This document shows, piece by piece, positions 46,970 through 56,209 of a DNA stretch of 56,210 bases. The DNA is taken from positions 1 through 56,210 of IMG/VR virus record IMGVR_UViG_3300033144_003713, one strand, 5' to 3'. Position 1 is the first letter of the stretch, and the number at the start of each line of letters is the position of its first letter. The notes under the pieces were generated by a model. It saw only the letters and a program-made list of their open reading frames with translations. It made no database searches and was not told the DNA's origin. This stretch comes from a virus. Lineage: Duplodnaviria; Caudoviricetes. The translations under genes were made by a program, and so were the position numbers.

Positions 46970-48391
46970 TTATCCCCAACGGTTGTGTTTGCCAGCCACT
47001 CTTGTAGTCCTCTGACTGGCAGTGTTACCTGCAGTCTCGGAACCAGCATATGCTCCCTCGAGAGCCAAGGCGATGTCCTGTCTCCATAGACGGGTGCGCC
47101 ATACGTTCCTCTGCTCGGGGTGGAGACGTCCCTTGACCACTGTGTGGAGCGACTTGGTCCAACGACCTCTGAGTGCATCCTTAAGGTCCCTGGCATCATC
47201 CATGGCCTTCTTCATCTTGGGAGGGATAGCGTCCACTGACTTGACGTCATAGCGGACCGCCAGGTCACCGAGCTTCTTGAACTGTCCTGCTAGTAGGTCC
47301 TCTTCGATACGGAGACCAAAGAAGATGTCTACTACTGTCTGTGCGATTACATACTTAGCAAACGTACGGTTAGGATTTCTAAAGTCGTATACGTAGCGCA
47401 TGCACGTTAGGGCATCTAGTGAGTTTTTGTAGATTGCCTTGCCGATCATGTCGTCTGTCCAGTTCGTAAGAACGTATGGATAGAACTCATCTCTGATTCG
47501 ATCAACAGAGACTAGGTACGGGAAGGGCTTGATGAAGAATGAGATCTTATAGTTAGACGCCATGGCATTACCAGTCACAGACTGGATGCCAGTGGTCATG
47601 ACTACGTCGATCTTAGTGTTACGAGGAAAGTCTCTAGTCTCGTCTGCTGTCCATGTGACGACAGATCCGTTCACAGATAGTGTTCCTGATAGGTCAGTGA
47701 AGTCCATATCAACATTGGCTACGTCCTGTGGGTCTTCCCACTGGAAGTTCATCGCACCGTCTGAGGTATCGGGGTAAGCGAGGTAGTCTTCATCCTCTTC
47801 ATAGTAGGGACCGACTGTAACCAAGAAGGTTGCGGCGGTCACCGTAGAAGTGTCTAGCGCAGCGCTGAACTCTACTTCCAGGTCATCGAGAGTTGCTTCA
47901 ATAGCAAACTCTCGGTTTACTGGGTCAGACGCAATGATAGACAGCTCACTCGAGTCTACTGCGATTGTCCAGTTAGTAGGGAGATCGATCTCTCCCTCTA
48001 GTGCAATCTCAGCATCCGTCTTCTGTGCAGCTGTTGCCTCAATGGTATCGTTCGTTGTGAACGTTACCAGGAGGGTAGTAGCAAGTGGTGATGCGTCAGC
48101 TGCTTGAACCGGGGTACCAACAGCAGTGTTGGCACCCACGATTGTGAGCTTGTATGCTGTAGTGCCAATCATATGGCGTACAGGGGTAACCGATACGACA
48201 AGACCACTGGTGGAGAGCGTTACATCTACAGGAACGATCTGATTAGAATCAAGATTCTTTAGTACGAACGTACCAGCATTGACTGTTGAAGACAGCAATG
48301 CCTCAGAGAAGGTCGCAGTTAGGACCTTGTTCTTGTAGACGCTGGACTCACCAGTTGCAGGACTCGTCGAAACAACTGTCGGTACACCCAT
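46970..48391 (-). CDS. Ig-like-domain (Big_5/SbsA-type) head-tail adaptor protein
   Basis: PTVVSTSPATGE..V......ATFSEAL..STV is an Ig-like repeat present twice; the C-terminal FKKLGDLAVRY is typical of head-tail connectors. Confidence 0.65.
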   Translation of the reverse strand: MGVPTVVSTSPATGESSVYKNKVLTATFSEALLSSTVNAGTFVLKNLDSNQIVPVDVTLSTSGLVVSVTPVRHMIGTTAYKLTIVGANTAVGTPVQAADASPLATTLLVTFTTNDTIEATAAQKTDAEIALEGEIDLPTNWTIAVDSSELSIIASDPVNREFAIEATLDDLEVEFSAALDTSTVTAATFLVTVGPYYEEDEDYLAYPDTSDGAMNFQWEDPQDVANVDMDFTDLSGTLSVNGSVVTWTADETRDFPRNTKIDVVMTTGIQSVTGNAMASNYKISFFIKPFPYLVSVDRIRDEFYPYVLTNWTDDMIGKAIYKNSLDALTCMRYVYDFRNPNRTFAKYVIAQTVVDIFFGLRIEEDLLAGQFKKLGDLAVRYDVKSVDAIPPKMKKAMDDARDLKDALRGRWTKSLHTVVKGRLHPEQRNVWRTRLWRQDIALALEGAYAGSETAGNTASQRTTRVAGKHNRWG

Positions 48392-48402
48392 CTATCTACC
48401 TC

Positions 48403-49038
48403 TTACTTTTCAGTGATACCGAGGAAGCCCTTAGCCTTCGAAGAGTTCACGTTGGCAGGAGTATACTGCCTCAGCGACGACCCATCCTTTGCAGGACTAA
48501 AGTCTTCTCTCGTGACCTTAGAGACACCACCGTACATCTCTTCGACATACTGTAGAGCTTCTCTAATGAAAGCTACGACCTTCGGACGGTTCTTGCCACC
48601 ACGACGGGTGACGGGGTTGATCTCTTCTGCCTCGAGCATTCTCTCGAGGATCTCTAGCTTATTGTAACCGCCATCAAGGTTGACTCCGTTTACAACTACC
48701 TTAACGTGATCAAGAACGTTCTTCTCTGGGAAGTGTTCCGTGATCATATTGAGGTGAACCTTGAGACGATCTGGTTCCTTGGTGAACTCCTCTACGGGAG
48801 TCTTGCCAATAACCAAGTGCTTAGCCTTGAGCTTAAGCATGAGACATTCGAGATCCTCACGGTTGCACGTGTCAGGGATCTTCACTGTAGGATTGTCCAG
48901 ATTCATGGACAATCTCTGATCTTGTGTCGGTGACATGAACCACTTGCAGTTCTTCATATTCAATGATACGAACTGCCCTCTTAGTTGTTCGGGACCGACG
49001 ACCTCATTCATAGAGGTACCAAATAGCTTACCTGTCAT
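48403..49038 (-). CDS. Hypothetical protein following the capsid gene (211 aa)
   Basis: Start reassigned to ATG 49038, which follows the terminator and has an AGGAG RBS. LERMLEAE...GKNRPKVVAFI resembles small helical motifs in post-capsid phage proteins. Confidence 0.65.
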   Translation of the reverse strand: MTGKLFGTSMNEVVGPEQLRGQFVSLNMKNCKWFMSPTQDQRLSMNLDNPTVKIPDTCNREDLECLMLKLKAKHLVIGKTPVEEFTKEPDRLKVHLNMITEHFPEKNVLDHVKVVVNGVNLDGGYNKLEILERMLEAEEINPVTRRGGKNRPKVVAFIREALQYVEEMYGGVSKVTREDFSPAKDGSSLRQYTPANVNSSKAKGFLGITEK

Positions 49039-49050
49039 TATTCTTCTCCT

Positions 49051-49101
49051 AAAAAGAAAAGGGACTATGCCCAGGGAGAGTTTATCCCCAAACATAGTCC
49101 C
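49051..49101 (-). terminator. Rho-independent terminator after the major capsid gene
   Basis: The minus strand reads GGGACTATG...CATAGTCCC (9-bp inverted repeat, extendable inward) followed by TTTTCTTTTT. Confidence 0.8.
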
Positions 49102-49131
49102 AGTCAATTACGATTCAACTATTGGTAAGGT

Positions 49132-50541
49132 TTAGCTAACCACTAGTTCCGAGGTGTCAAGCGTGATGCTTGCCTGGATCGAGCTCATGCTGAAGTCGAA
49201 GCTCTTCGTAACAACAACACTCTTGGCTCTACGGATAGAGCGGCCGTTGTTAGCGTTAGCTAGACCATAGCGTTCGCGAAGCTTGATGCTCTGCACATCG
49301 TGCTCCGGGTCATTCCACTGCTCCGTCATGACGTCCTCGTCTACAACCATGATACCGAGGTCTCTGCTGTCAAAGAGCCAGATGTCAGTGGCGTTAGAGG
49401 TGAGGTCGTAGTCGACGAAAGGAGTGATGATGATGCGGATCTGACCGAAGGGGAACGTGCCAGGGACAGGACTCGAAGTCGTGGCCAGGTTAGCAGGCTC
49501 AGCTAGGTTAGTAGCAGTCTTCATCGGATCGCCATTGCGAGGATAGGCTCCAGGAGCGCCCTGGTAAGCGTTAGCGATGACAGGGCCACCACCGTTGATG
49601 TAAGCAAGGTTGCGAAGAACCGGGTCTCTTGCGAAGATCGGCCATGCAAACGGGTGCATCATGATGGTGTCAGGGATGTAGCCATCCTTGACAAGGTCAG
49701 CCCACATCTCGAAGAGGTCGTCCTGAGTGAAGGTACCGTTGAAGGCACCAGTCATGTCACGACCCGTGGTCTTGCGACCACCGAGAGTGCTGTTATCGAA
49801 GTAGATTGTGCCCTGACCGAAGATCTGGTCAACAACCTGCTGTTCCTTGTGACGAGCAAGAGCTCTGCCAGCAGCCTTCAGGTTCATAGACCAGATGTCC
49901 ATGATCGAGTAGCGGATAGCTTCCTCAGTCATGCTGACCTTGATACCGTGCTTGCCGATGTTGGCAGTGATCTGTCCAGCGAACTGGAGCTTGCCTTCAG
50001 GGTACTCACCACGCTCAGGGATTCTGAGGTCACCGGCCATCATGGAGCTGATAGCAGGGAACGTAATGCTGGTACCGTTCGAGAAGTTAATCCTCTGGAG
50101 TAGAGGAGTGAGAAGTAGCGCAGGCTCTAGAGCTTCACGCACAGTCTCAGCAATAACTCTCGGCATGAGCAGGGGCTGCTCACGCGACATCTGGACGTCA
50201 GAGTACTCAGAAAGCTTTGTCTGGCCGCTCTTGACAGAGTCAAAGAGCTCCTTATCAACGTTCTGGAAGTCCTCGATGGTCCACTTCTCGCCCGTGCGAG
50301 GGTCGACACCGTTGTTGTCGAAGATAGCCTTAAGCTCTCTTACTAGACGGGTGCCCTTGTTTGCTGGCGTAGAACGGAGGCGAAGGCCTCTGTCCATCAT
50401 TGCCTGGTCAACAGCGTCCTGCGCAACACCGACGATTGACTCGCCCATGTCCGTAAACAGAGCCATTGCCTGTTCTCTCTTGTCATCTTCGAACACACTC
50501 GAAAGTGCGTCTTCGGTCACAAGCTTCTTGTTCTTAGGCAT
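49132..50541 (-). CDS. Major capsid protein (HK97 fold)
   Basis: LMPRVIAETVREALEP, IPERGEYPE, IGKHGIKVSMTEEAIRYS, AGRALARHKE, PDTIMMHPFAW and KLRERYG; follows protease and decoration genes; followed by a terminator. Confidence 0.9.
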   Translation of the reverse strand: MPKNKKLVTEDALSSVFEDDKREQAMALFTDMGESIVGVAQDAVDQAMMDRGLRLRSTPANKGTRLVRELKAIFDNNGVDPRTGEKWTIEDFQNVDKELFDSVKSGQTKLSEYSDVQMSREQPLLMPRVIAETVREALEPALLLTPLLQRINFSNGTSITFPAISSMMAGDLRIPERGEYPEGKLQFAGQITANIGKHGIKVSMTEEAIRYSIMDIWSMNLKAAGRALARHKEQQVVDQIFGQGTIYFDNSTLGGRKTTGRDMTGAFNGTFTQDDLFEMWADLVKDGYIPDTIMMHPFAWPIFARDPVLRNLAYINGGGPVIANAYQGAPGAYPRNGDPMKTATNLAEPANLATTSSPVPGTFPFGQIRIIITPFVDYDLTSNATDIWLFDSRDLGIMVVDEDVMTEQWNDPEHDVQSIKLRERYGLANANNGRSIRRAKSVVVTKSFDFSMSSIQASITLDTSELVVS

Positions 50542-50574
50542 CTTTAGATGTTTCCTTTCTTACCTTGGTGAACC

Positions 50575-51543
50575 TTATACCCTTAGGAGGATATCGAGTG
50601 CCCAGTAGTCGCCATTAGCGTCTGGGTAAGCCCACATGAGTTCCGAAGGACGACCCATGGTTGCAGAGGTAGCGCTTAGCTGGAAGCCAGGCACACCTTC
50701 AACCTTGGACTGAACCTTGAAGTTCTCACCGGTTGGCCAGAGGTAAGTGTCGGTGGTGTTGATGTTGGTGAGGGTACGAGGGGCTGCTGTACCGATGGCA
50801 GTTGATAGACGCTGACCAGCCGAGTAAGACGACTGACGAGCGACGCGGGTCTTGTTTACACAACGACCAACAACGTATTCCATGTCGGCAAGTGCACCGG
50901 CATCGAAGGCTTCAACACGACCAGGAGTGCTGGTTGCGCTGTAGAGGTCACCCGGGTTCCAGTCAGGCGTAGCAGCGGTGCTTAGCTGAACTAGGTCACC
51001 AGCCTGGACTGCCCACTCGCCAGGCGACATCGCAGGGATGCGCACAACGTGAAGACCAGAGATCCAAGTCTGGAGAAGATGCGGGTCGTAGTTTTCGTAG
51101 CGGTCCTTGATCCAGCCAGCGTAGTACGGACGAGCCGCAATACCGCAAGGCTTAACAACACCGACCGAGGTAGCGCCAACGCCAGTGGCGGTAACGATAG
51201 TGCTCGAGTCAACATCGATGTCAGGGGTACCAGTACCGGTGTCAATAGCGTCAGCAAGGTCGTTGCTGCCGTATGTAACGGTATAGGTGACAGGGCAGGC
51301 AGGAGCTAGGTCGCCGTTACCAATGAACGTCGAGTCGATACCCGAGTTATCAGTTTCGTTTAGCCTACCTACAAAGGTGCCAGGCGGGATAACGATTGGG
51401 TCATCCTGAACCTTATCAACAGCCCAGACAGGGAGGAACGAAGCCGCACGTACTGCGTACGAAGGCGTTGTGCCATCCTGGAATCTGGTGAGAAAAGGCC
51501 AGTCAACCTTACCGTAGCCACGTGGGGTGCGGAAATCAGGCAT
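50575..51543 (-). CDS. Probable capsid decoration/cement protein (322 aa)
   Basis: Lies between the protease and MCP genes; beta-rich with IVIPPGTFVG, KPCGIA and VQAGDLV; GGAG RBS. Confidence 0.55.
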   Translation of the reverse strand: MPDFRTPRGYGKVDWPFLTRFQDGTTPSYAVRAASFLPVWAVDKVQDDPIVIPPGTFVGRLNETDNSGIDSTFIGNGDLAPACPVTYTVTYGSNDLADAIDTGTGTPDIDVDSSTIVTATGVGATSVGVVKPCGIAARPYYAGWIKDRYENYDPHLLQTWISGLHVVRIPAMSPGEWAVQAGDLVQLSTAATPDWNPGDLYSATSTPGRVEAFDAGALADMEYVVGRCVNKTRVARQSSYSAGQRLSTAIGTAAPRTLTNINTTDTYLWPTGENFKVQSKVEGVPGFQLSATSATMGRPSELMWAYPDANGDYWALDILLRV

Positions 51544-51579
51544 TTGGTTCTCCGATTAGAGTTTCAGTAATTCCTACTC

Positions 51580-53661
51580 TTAACGGTTTCTACGCTGTGT
51601 AGAAACTCTATTGTCAAGAGATAGGAGACTCTTGGGGCCAGCACGCTCCAACGCGCTGTCCTTCTTGTTCATAACAGTATCCTTGACGGCGTCGATTGGA
51701 GCACCGGCTGTAGGATCTTCTTCATCCTTGACATCTTCAGTCTCGGACTGATCATCAGCATCTTCTACAACAACTTCCTTGCGGAGCTGTCCTAGGACCT
51801 CTGTGTCAAGCAAAGCGTCAAGCTCAACTTCATCCTTAGCAGCAAACTCTTCGATCTTGGCAGCGAGTGCCTCCTCGTCGAGCTTCTCTTCGGAGAGCGA
51901 GTCCTGAGCCTTAACAACTAGAGAAGCCTTGAGCTCAAAGACGTTGGCCTTAAGCTTAACGTTTTCGTCAAGCAAGGTCTGTCGCTCAGACTCCTTCGAA
52001 TCGTTGAGCTGCGTGAGCTCGGCGACCTGTGCTGTTAGCTTGGCCTTGTCGGCTAGCAGATCAGCTAGGAGTGCCGTGGCAACTGCGTCCATGTCTAGTA
52101 CCTCTTCTTGGTTGCTGTCGACATTCATCTCATCGATGATCTGTCTACGCTTGGAAGCCGGGAGTCTACCTAGGAGTCGCATTGCTGCTCTCCTATAGTC
52201 ATCGTCCCATGTAATGCTTGTGTCCTTGTTATCTAGGAGCGCTTCGCTTTGGTCTGACTGGAGGGTGTCCGTGTTTACCCTCTCATCAAGAAGCTTGGCT
52301 GCTGCCTTAATATCATCGACACAGGCGACAAGTGTAACACATACTGATTCACTGTCGGACATATTCGTCGTAAATGAATGTGTATGCTCTTCTCCAGCAC
52401 TAGCACCTCGAGTATCACCCTTGAATGAATCAACATTCAGATCCATCTCCGGAGCCCAGATTGAATGACCATGCGAATGCTTGGTCTTTCCCTGTCCCGT
52501 AGACCAAGTACTACCAGTCATGACTCTATTCTCGTCGATGAAAGCATCAAACGTGTGAGCATGACCCGCAGACTTGTCTGTGATACCGTTAATGTAGTGG
52601 CTATCCTTGAATTCAGTCTCCAGATCGAGATCGTCAGCCCAGTGACGAGCTAGGTTGGCAAAGGCGAAGTCTTTGACTTCGTCCTTGGCTTCCTTGATCT
52701 CTTCGACGCTATCAGACTCATCGGAATTAATTTCAGAATTGTCTTCAAGTGTCTTCTGTTGAGCTGCTTCAAGGCCGTCTAGTTGCACGCTTTCGTGTGC
52801 TCCAGTGATCTTAGCCATAGAAACCTGCTTCTTTCCTGTGAGGACGCCAACGGAGGGAAGGTCTGTATCGGAGAGGTTGACAATGACTTCGCTGTCCTTA
52901 GCTCTCAGCCAAGCTGAGACCTCAGCAGCATCATCATTCCAAGTCTCACCAACAAGAACAACTCCGTTCTCGTCTGAATCCCTTAGTGCATCGCCCATCA
53001 TCTGGAAGTTCATGACCATGGCATTCTCTTGACGAGGACCATTGACCATTGAACATTCGACACCTTCTAGGAGTCCCGTTACTGCAAAGCACTCTGCCTC
53101 GCTACCATCAGCGATCTCGTAGTACTGTCCAATTTCATGATCGCATCCTTCTGCGAACCTGATCCCGTCAATTGAGCACCATGCATCGTGAGCCATCTGG
53201 CGTGTGGATACGGTCTTGTATCTGCCATCTAGGATCTTTGCGATTGCATCCATGTCAAAGATGTTACAGCTGAGCATCGAGTAACCGCTGCCAAGCTTGC
53301 CGGGGCCAAAGTCTGGATCCTTCCAGTCATCTATCCATTCCGAGCCAGTCTTAAGCTGAGTGAACTCTGCTCGAGTTACTCTACCAAGGGGCTCACTGTG
53401 CATATCGTGATTGACGATGATAGGCTTGTCAAAGGCTGATCCACCGCCATTCTTCATATCAAACCAGCTTCCCACGCCTCTTTGCATACCCCAACCGGTG
53501 TAGCAACGACCAGTGATAAGGTGGCCGGAGTGCGTGGCTCTGATGTCTGTCTGAAGGTATGACTTCTTAGAAGACCCTGTCATGACATCATCTGCGAACT
53601 CACGACCAGCATCGGAGATGCTGATCTTAAAGTCTCTGCTGTCGAACCATGAAAGCTTCAT
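51580..53661 (-). CDS. Prohead protease fused to an acidic coiled-coil scaffold
   Basis: ATHSG, KPIIVNHD...PLGRV, DAIAKILDGRYKTVST, CSI.G...CDHEIG and ECSMVNGP form a herpes/HK97-type protease with a Zn-knuckle; the C-terminus is acidic and helical. Confidence 0.85.
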   Translation of the reverse strand: MKLSWFDSRDFKISISDAGREFADDVMTGSSKKSYLQTDIRATHSGHLITGRCYTGWGMQRGVGSWFDMKNGGGSAFDKPIIVNHDMHSEPLGRVTRAEFTQLKTGSEWIDDWKDPDFGPGKLGSGYSMLSCNIFDMDAIAKILDGRYKTVSTRQMAHDAWCSIDGIRFAEGCDHEIGQYYEIADGSEAECFAVTGLLEGVECSMVNGPRQENAMVMNFQMMGDALRDSDENGVVLVGETWNDDAAEVSAWLRAKDSEVIVNLSDTDLPSVGVLTGKKQVSMAKITGAHESVQLDGLEAAQQKTLEDNSEINSDESDSVEEIKEAKDEVKDFAFANLARHWADDLDLETEFKDSHYINGITDKSAGHAHTFDAFIDENRVMTGSTWSTGQGKTKHSHGHSIWAPEMDLNVDSFKGDTRGASAGEEHTHSFTTNMSDSESVCVTLVACVDDIKAAAKLLDERVNTDTLQSDQSEALLDNKDTSITWDDDYRRAAMRLLGRLPASKRRQIIDEMNVDSNQEEVLDMDAVATALLADLLADKAKLTAQVAELTQLNDSKESERQTLLDENVKLKANVFELKASLVVKAQDSLSEEKLDEEALAAKIEEFAAKDEVELDALLDTEVLGQLRKEVVVEDADDQSETEDVKDEEDPTAGAPIDAVKDTVMNKKDSALERAGPKSLLSLDNRVSTQRRNR

Positions 53662-55829
53662 TACTGTACTGCCTCGATAGTATATTCGCCGTGAAGGGTT
53701 GAGAGGATCTTAGAGCAATAGTCCGAGCTATCGATCTCTACTCCGTAGCCTCTATCCTTGTCTGAGATCTTAACCTTGGCAACACCGCTGTTGTTTGTCG
53801 CAGCCATGAAGGCAGCTCTTCTCGAGAAGTCTACCTGCGCCTCAGCCGTCTCAGTCAGCTTCCTGTTACCAGAACCGAAGGCTGCATTGACAAAGACATT
53901 ACTCCCACCATTGAAGCCATTCCCGACTGTGTCGTTCATGTGCTTCTTGTAAGTCTGTCTAATGGTGTGGAAGATTCTCTTCCTCTGGTTCAGACTGACG
54001 AACAGGCAGGCATCGTTATTAGAAACCCTAGCCTGAGCTAGGCCCTCCTCGATTGCCGCACCTAGATATCTCTTCGAGAGAGAAGCCATTTGGTCGACAT
54101 ACGGAGAAGTGGCCCTATTATAGCCCAAGGAATGCTCATCCTTTATAGGTCTGTGCTTCATAGCAGCAGCACGAGCATCCTTCCATACACTCTCAATCTC
54201 GGTCACATAGTCGTTCTTCTTGACCTTTGTCTTGGTTGACTTGGTACCAGACTGGTTAGTTGGCTTGGTCTTTTGCTTGGTTGTACCCTTGGAGGCTGTG
54301 GTCCCAGAACTGGCTTGAGATGCAGCCTTCTGGGCTGCAGCCATAGTAGCCAGCTCCTTATCACGCATGTGAGACTGCTCGGAAGAAGTAGTCTTCTTCT
54401 CTTCCTCTGTGAAGCACTCTCTGCCAAGTGAGGCTCTGAGTTCGTCACAGTTGATAGCGTCACCCTGGAACTGGGCAAGGACGTGGTTCTCCTGCGCCCT
54501 GGTCTCTTCGGTGTCAGGAGCAGAGAAGTCTAGTTCTGCCATATTATCTAGGTTGATGTCGTAGCCACCTTCGCCTAGAAGCATGACGATGAACCAGTGG
54601 AACCCATCAGAGACAACGTCCTGTAGGTATCCGGCTGAGTCTTCCATGTTCTTCATCTGAGATTGAGCAGTACTCTTGGAGTCACCTGAGTTGCCTGTGC
54701 CTAGAGCGGCATTAGACATACGGGTGGAGTCCTGGACTCGAGTCTTGAAGTGCTCGATGTATGGCATAAGGTCTAGGACCTTACCCTCTGTACCAATGAG
54801 CTTAATCTCGTGACGTTCAGGCGTCACGAACCCACCCTCTACAGGCATGTTTTCTACGGTTGACTGCGCTAGCTCGATCTCTGAGATGATCTCACCATTA
54901 GGCAAGACGACATCCGTGGCCGGATGCTCGTCTGTACCAACGATGTATTGGAAGATCGGGAAGGCATGCTTCTGGCTGATGATATAGACCAGCTCCTCCA
55001 ACTCTCGGAGCATGATTGCATCGTCAAGAGTTGATAGATATGGAGAGCGGCCGAAGACTCTTCCTGCCTGCTTGTGACGTGTGAATACGAACACATCGTT
55101 ATGCGGGAAGAACTTCTCTTTCTGGCTCGAGCTGCTCCGGTACATTCCCGCTTCGTTGATCTCTTGCTTCCAGCCTCTGATGTTGCCAGACTCATTCTCT
55201 GCCACACTCATAGTAGCTGAGTCAGGGACACCCCAGGCTGCGATAGGCTCCATAGTCCTACCAAACATACGTACCTTCTTGCCAGAGGAACGCTTCTTGT
55301 CTCTCTTGACTACGAGGAAGGCTGTGCCATATGTGGCTAGCTGATCAAAGATCTGTTCTAGAACCTTACGGAATGTGAGCTTGGAGACTGAGGAGATCTC
55401 TAGCTGTCTCTGCTTGAGGTAGCCCATTACCTCTTCGTTGTCGCTCTTCCACTTGAAGCCCTTGCGTAGTGCTGTCTCAACGTGACGCTCTACCGAGCTG
55501 TTGATTAGTGACTCCGTGTCGCGGGCTCTGGCCAGCTCCACTAGATCATAGTGGGCAGACTGGAAGTGCATGGTCCTCAGACCACGATCGTTACCCTTCT
55601 GGGAAACGTTGGGGCGCTGGAAGGTACTAGCAGGCGAAGAAGGCCTTGGCATCTCCTTCACTGCTTCTGCTACGTTCTCTTCCTTGGCTACGGATCCTGT
55701 GTGGATCCTGAAGTCCTGAAGAGGAGGTACCACCAAACGAACAGCACCCCGAGCCTTAGCGCGGGATGGTGGTGCTTGTCTAGACCTCTTGTTAGAGAGA
55801 ATCCTGCCGAGTGTGTCTCTTAGGCCCAT
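53661..55829 (-). CDS. Portal protein with a C-terminal extension
   Basis: QLATYGTAFLVVKRD, VFVFTRHKQAGRVFGRSPY...LDD..MLRELEE and PIFQYIVG; lies upstream of the protease gene. Confidence 0.8.
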   Translation of the reverse strand: MGLRDTLGRILSNKRSRQAPPSRAKARGAVRLVVPPLQDFRIHTGSVAKEENVAEAVKEMPRPSSPASTFQRPNVSQKGNDRGLRTMHFQSAHYDLVELARARDTESLINSSVERHVETALRKGFKWKSDNEEVMGYLKQRQLEISSVSKLTFRKVLEQIFDQLATYGTAFLVVKRDKKRSSGKKVRMFGRTMEPIAAWGVPDSATMSVAENESGNIRGWKQEINEAGMYRSSSSQKEKFFPHNDVFVFTRHKQAGRVFGRSPYLSTLDDAIMLRELEELVYIISQKHAFPIFQYIVGTDEHPATDVVLPNGEIISEIELAQSTVENMPVEGGFVTPERHEIKLIGTEGKVLDLMPYIEHFKTRVQDSTRMSNAALGTGNSGDSKSTAQSQMKNMEDSAGYLQDVVSDGFHWFIVMLLGEGGYDINLDNMAELDFSAPDTEETRAQENHVLAQFQGDAINCDELRASLGRECFTEEEKKTTSSEQSHMRDKELATMAAAQKAASQASSGTTASKGTTKQKTKPTNQSGTKSTKTKVKKNDYVTEIESVWKDARAAAMKHRPIKDEHSLGYNRATSPYVDQMASLSKRYLGAAIEEGLAQARVSNNDACLFVSLNQRKRIFHTIRQTYKKHMNDTVGNGFNGGSNVFVNAAFGSGNRKLTETAEAQVDFSRRAAFMAATNNSGVAKVKISDKDRGYGVEIDSSDYCSKILSTLHGEYTIEAVQ

Positions 55830-56209
55830 TAGTTACTCACGATTCTTGTAAACTCTTCAGCCAGCTTGTCAGGTGTCGTTGACACGATTTCCTCTCCGAG
55901 CGCAGGGATTAGCTTCCCTGAGCTTGTCACTCTGTCTACTGCAGTTGAGAAGTAGTTTGACTTCTCGTCGGAGTCAATTGTGACAGAAGGTAGTCTAATA
56001 TTCAATCTAGCTGCATCAGGAAGAGGTGCAAAGAGGTCTTTATTTTCAGTACATGCATCCATAGATTCAGCCGCTGCCAAGATAGCATCGACGATCATGA
56101 TCATCTTCCTGATGATCCTGCTGTCATACTTCTGGTTGTATCGGTCCTTGATACCTAGGGTGCCAATTCCGATAGATTGTACCAGTCTTCCAGCAAAGAT
56201 CTCGATAGC
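55829..56209 (-). CDS. Hypothetical protein, 5'-truncated by the window edge
   Basis: The frame stays open beyond 56104 to the edge (AIEIFAGRLVQSIGIGTLG...MIMIVDA...); TAATG-coupled to the portal gene. Confidence 0.6.
   Translation of the reverse strand, partial: AIEIFAGRLVQSIGIGTLGIKDRYNQKYDSRIIRKMIMIVDAILAAAESMDACTENKDLFAPLPDAARLNIRLPSVTIDSDEKSNYFSTAVDRVTSSGKLIPALGEEIVSTTPDKLAEEFTRIVSN

Noticed and set aside
49039-49107. N-terminal extensions in the ORF track (48403..49107; similarly 38640..39410 and 18658..19845)
   Set aside because: They run through a terminator or the upstream gene. Better starts with an RBS or stop-start coupling exist at 49038, 39359 and 19794.
449-55823. Numerous plus-strand ORFs (e.g. 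449..976, 30225..30893, 49931..50608)
   Set aside because: They lie antisense to long minus-strand genes with recognisable motifs, and their Ser/Leu-rich translations are typical shadow ORFs.
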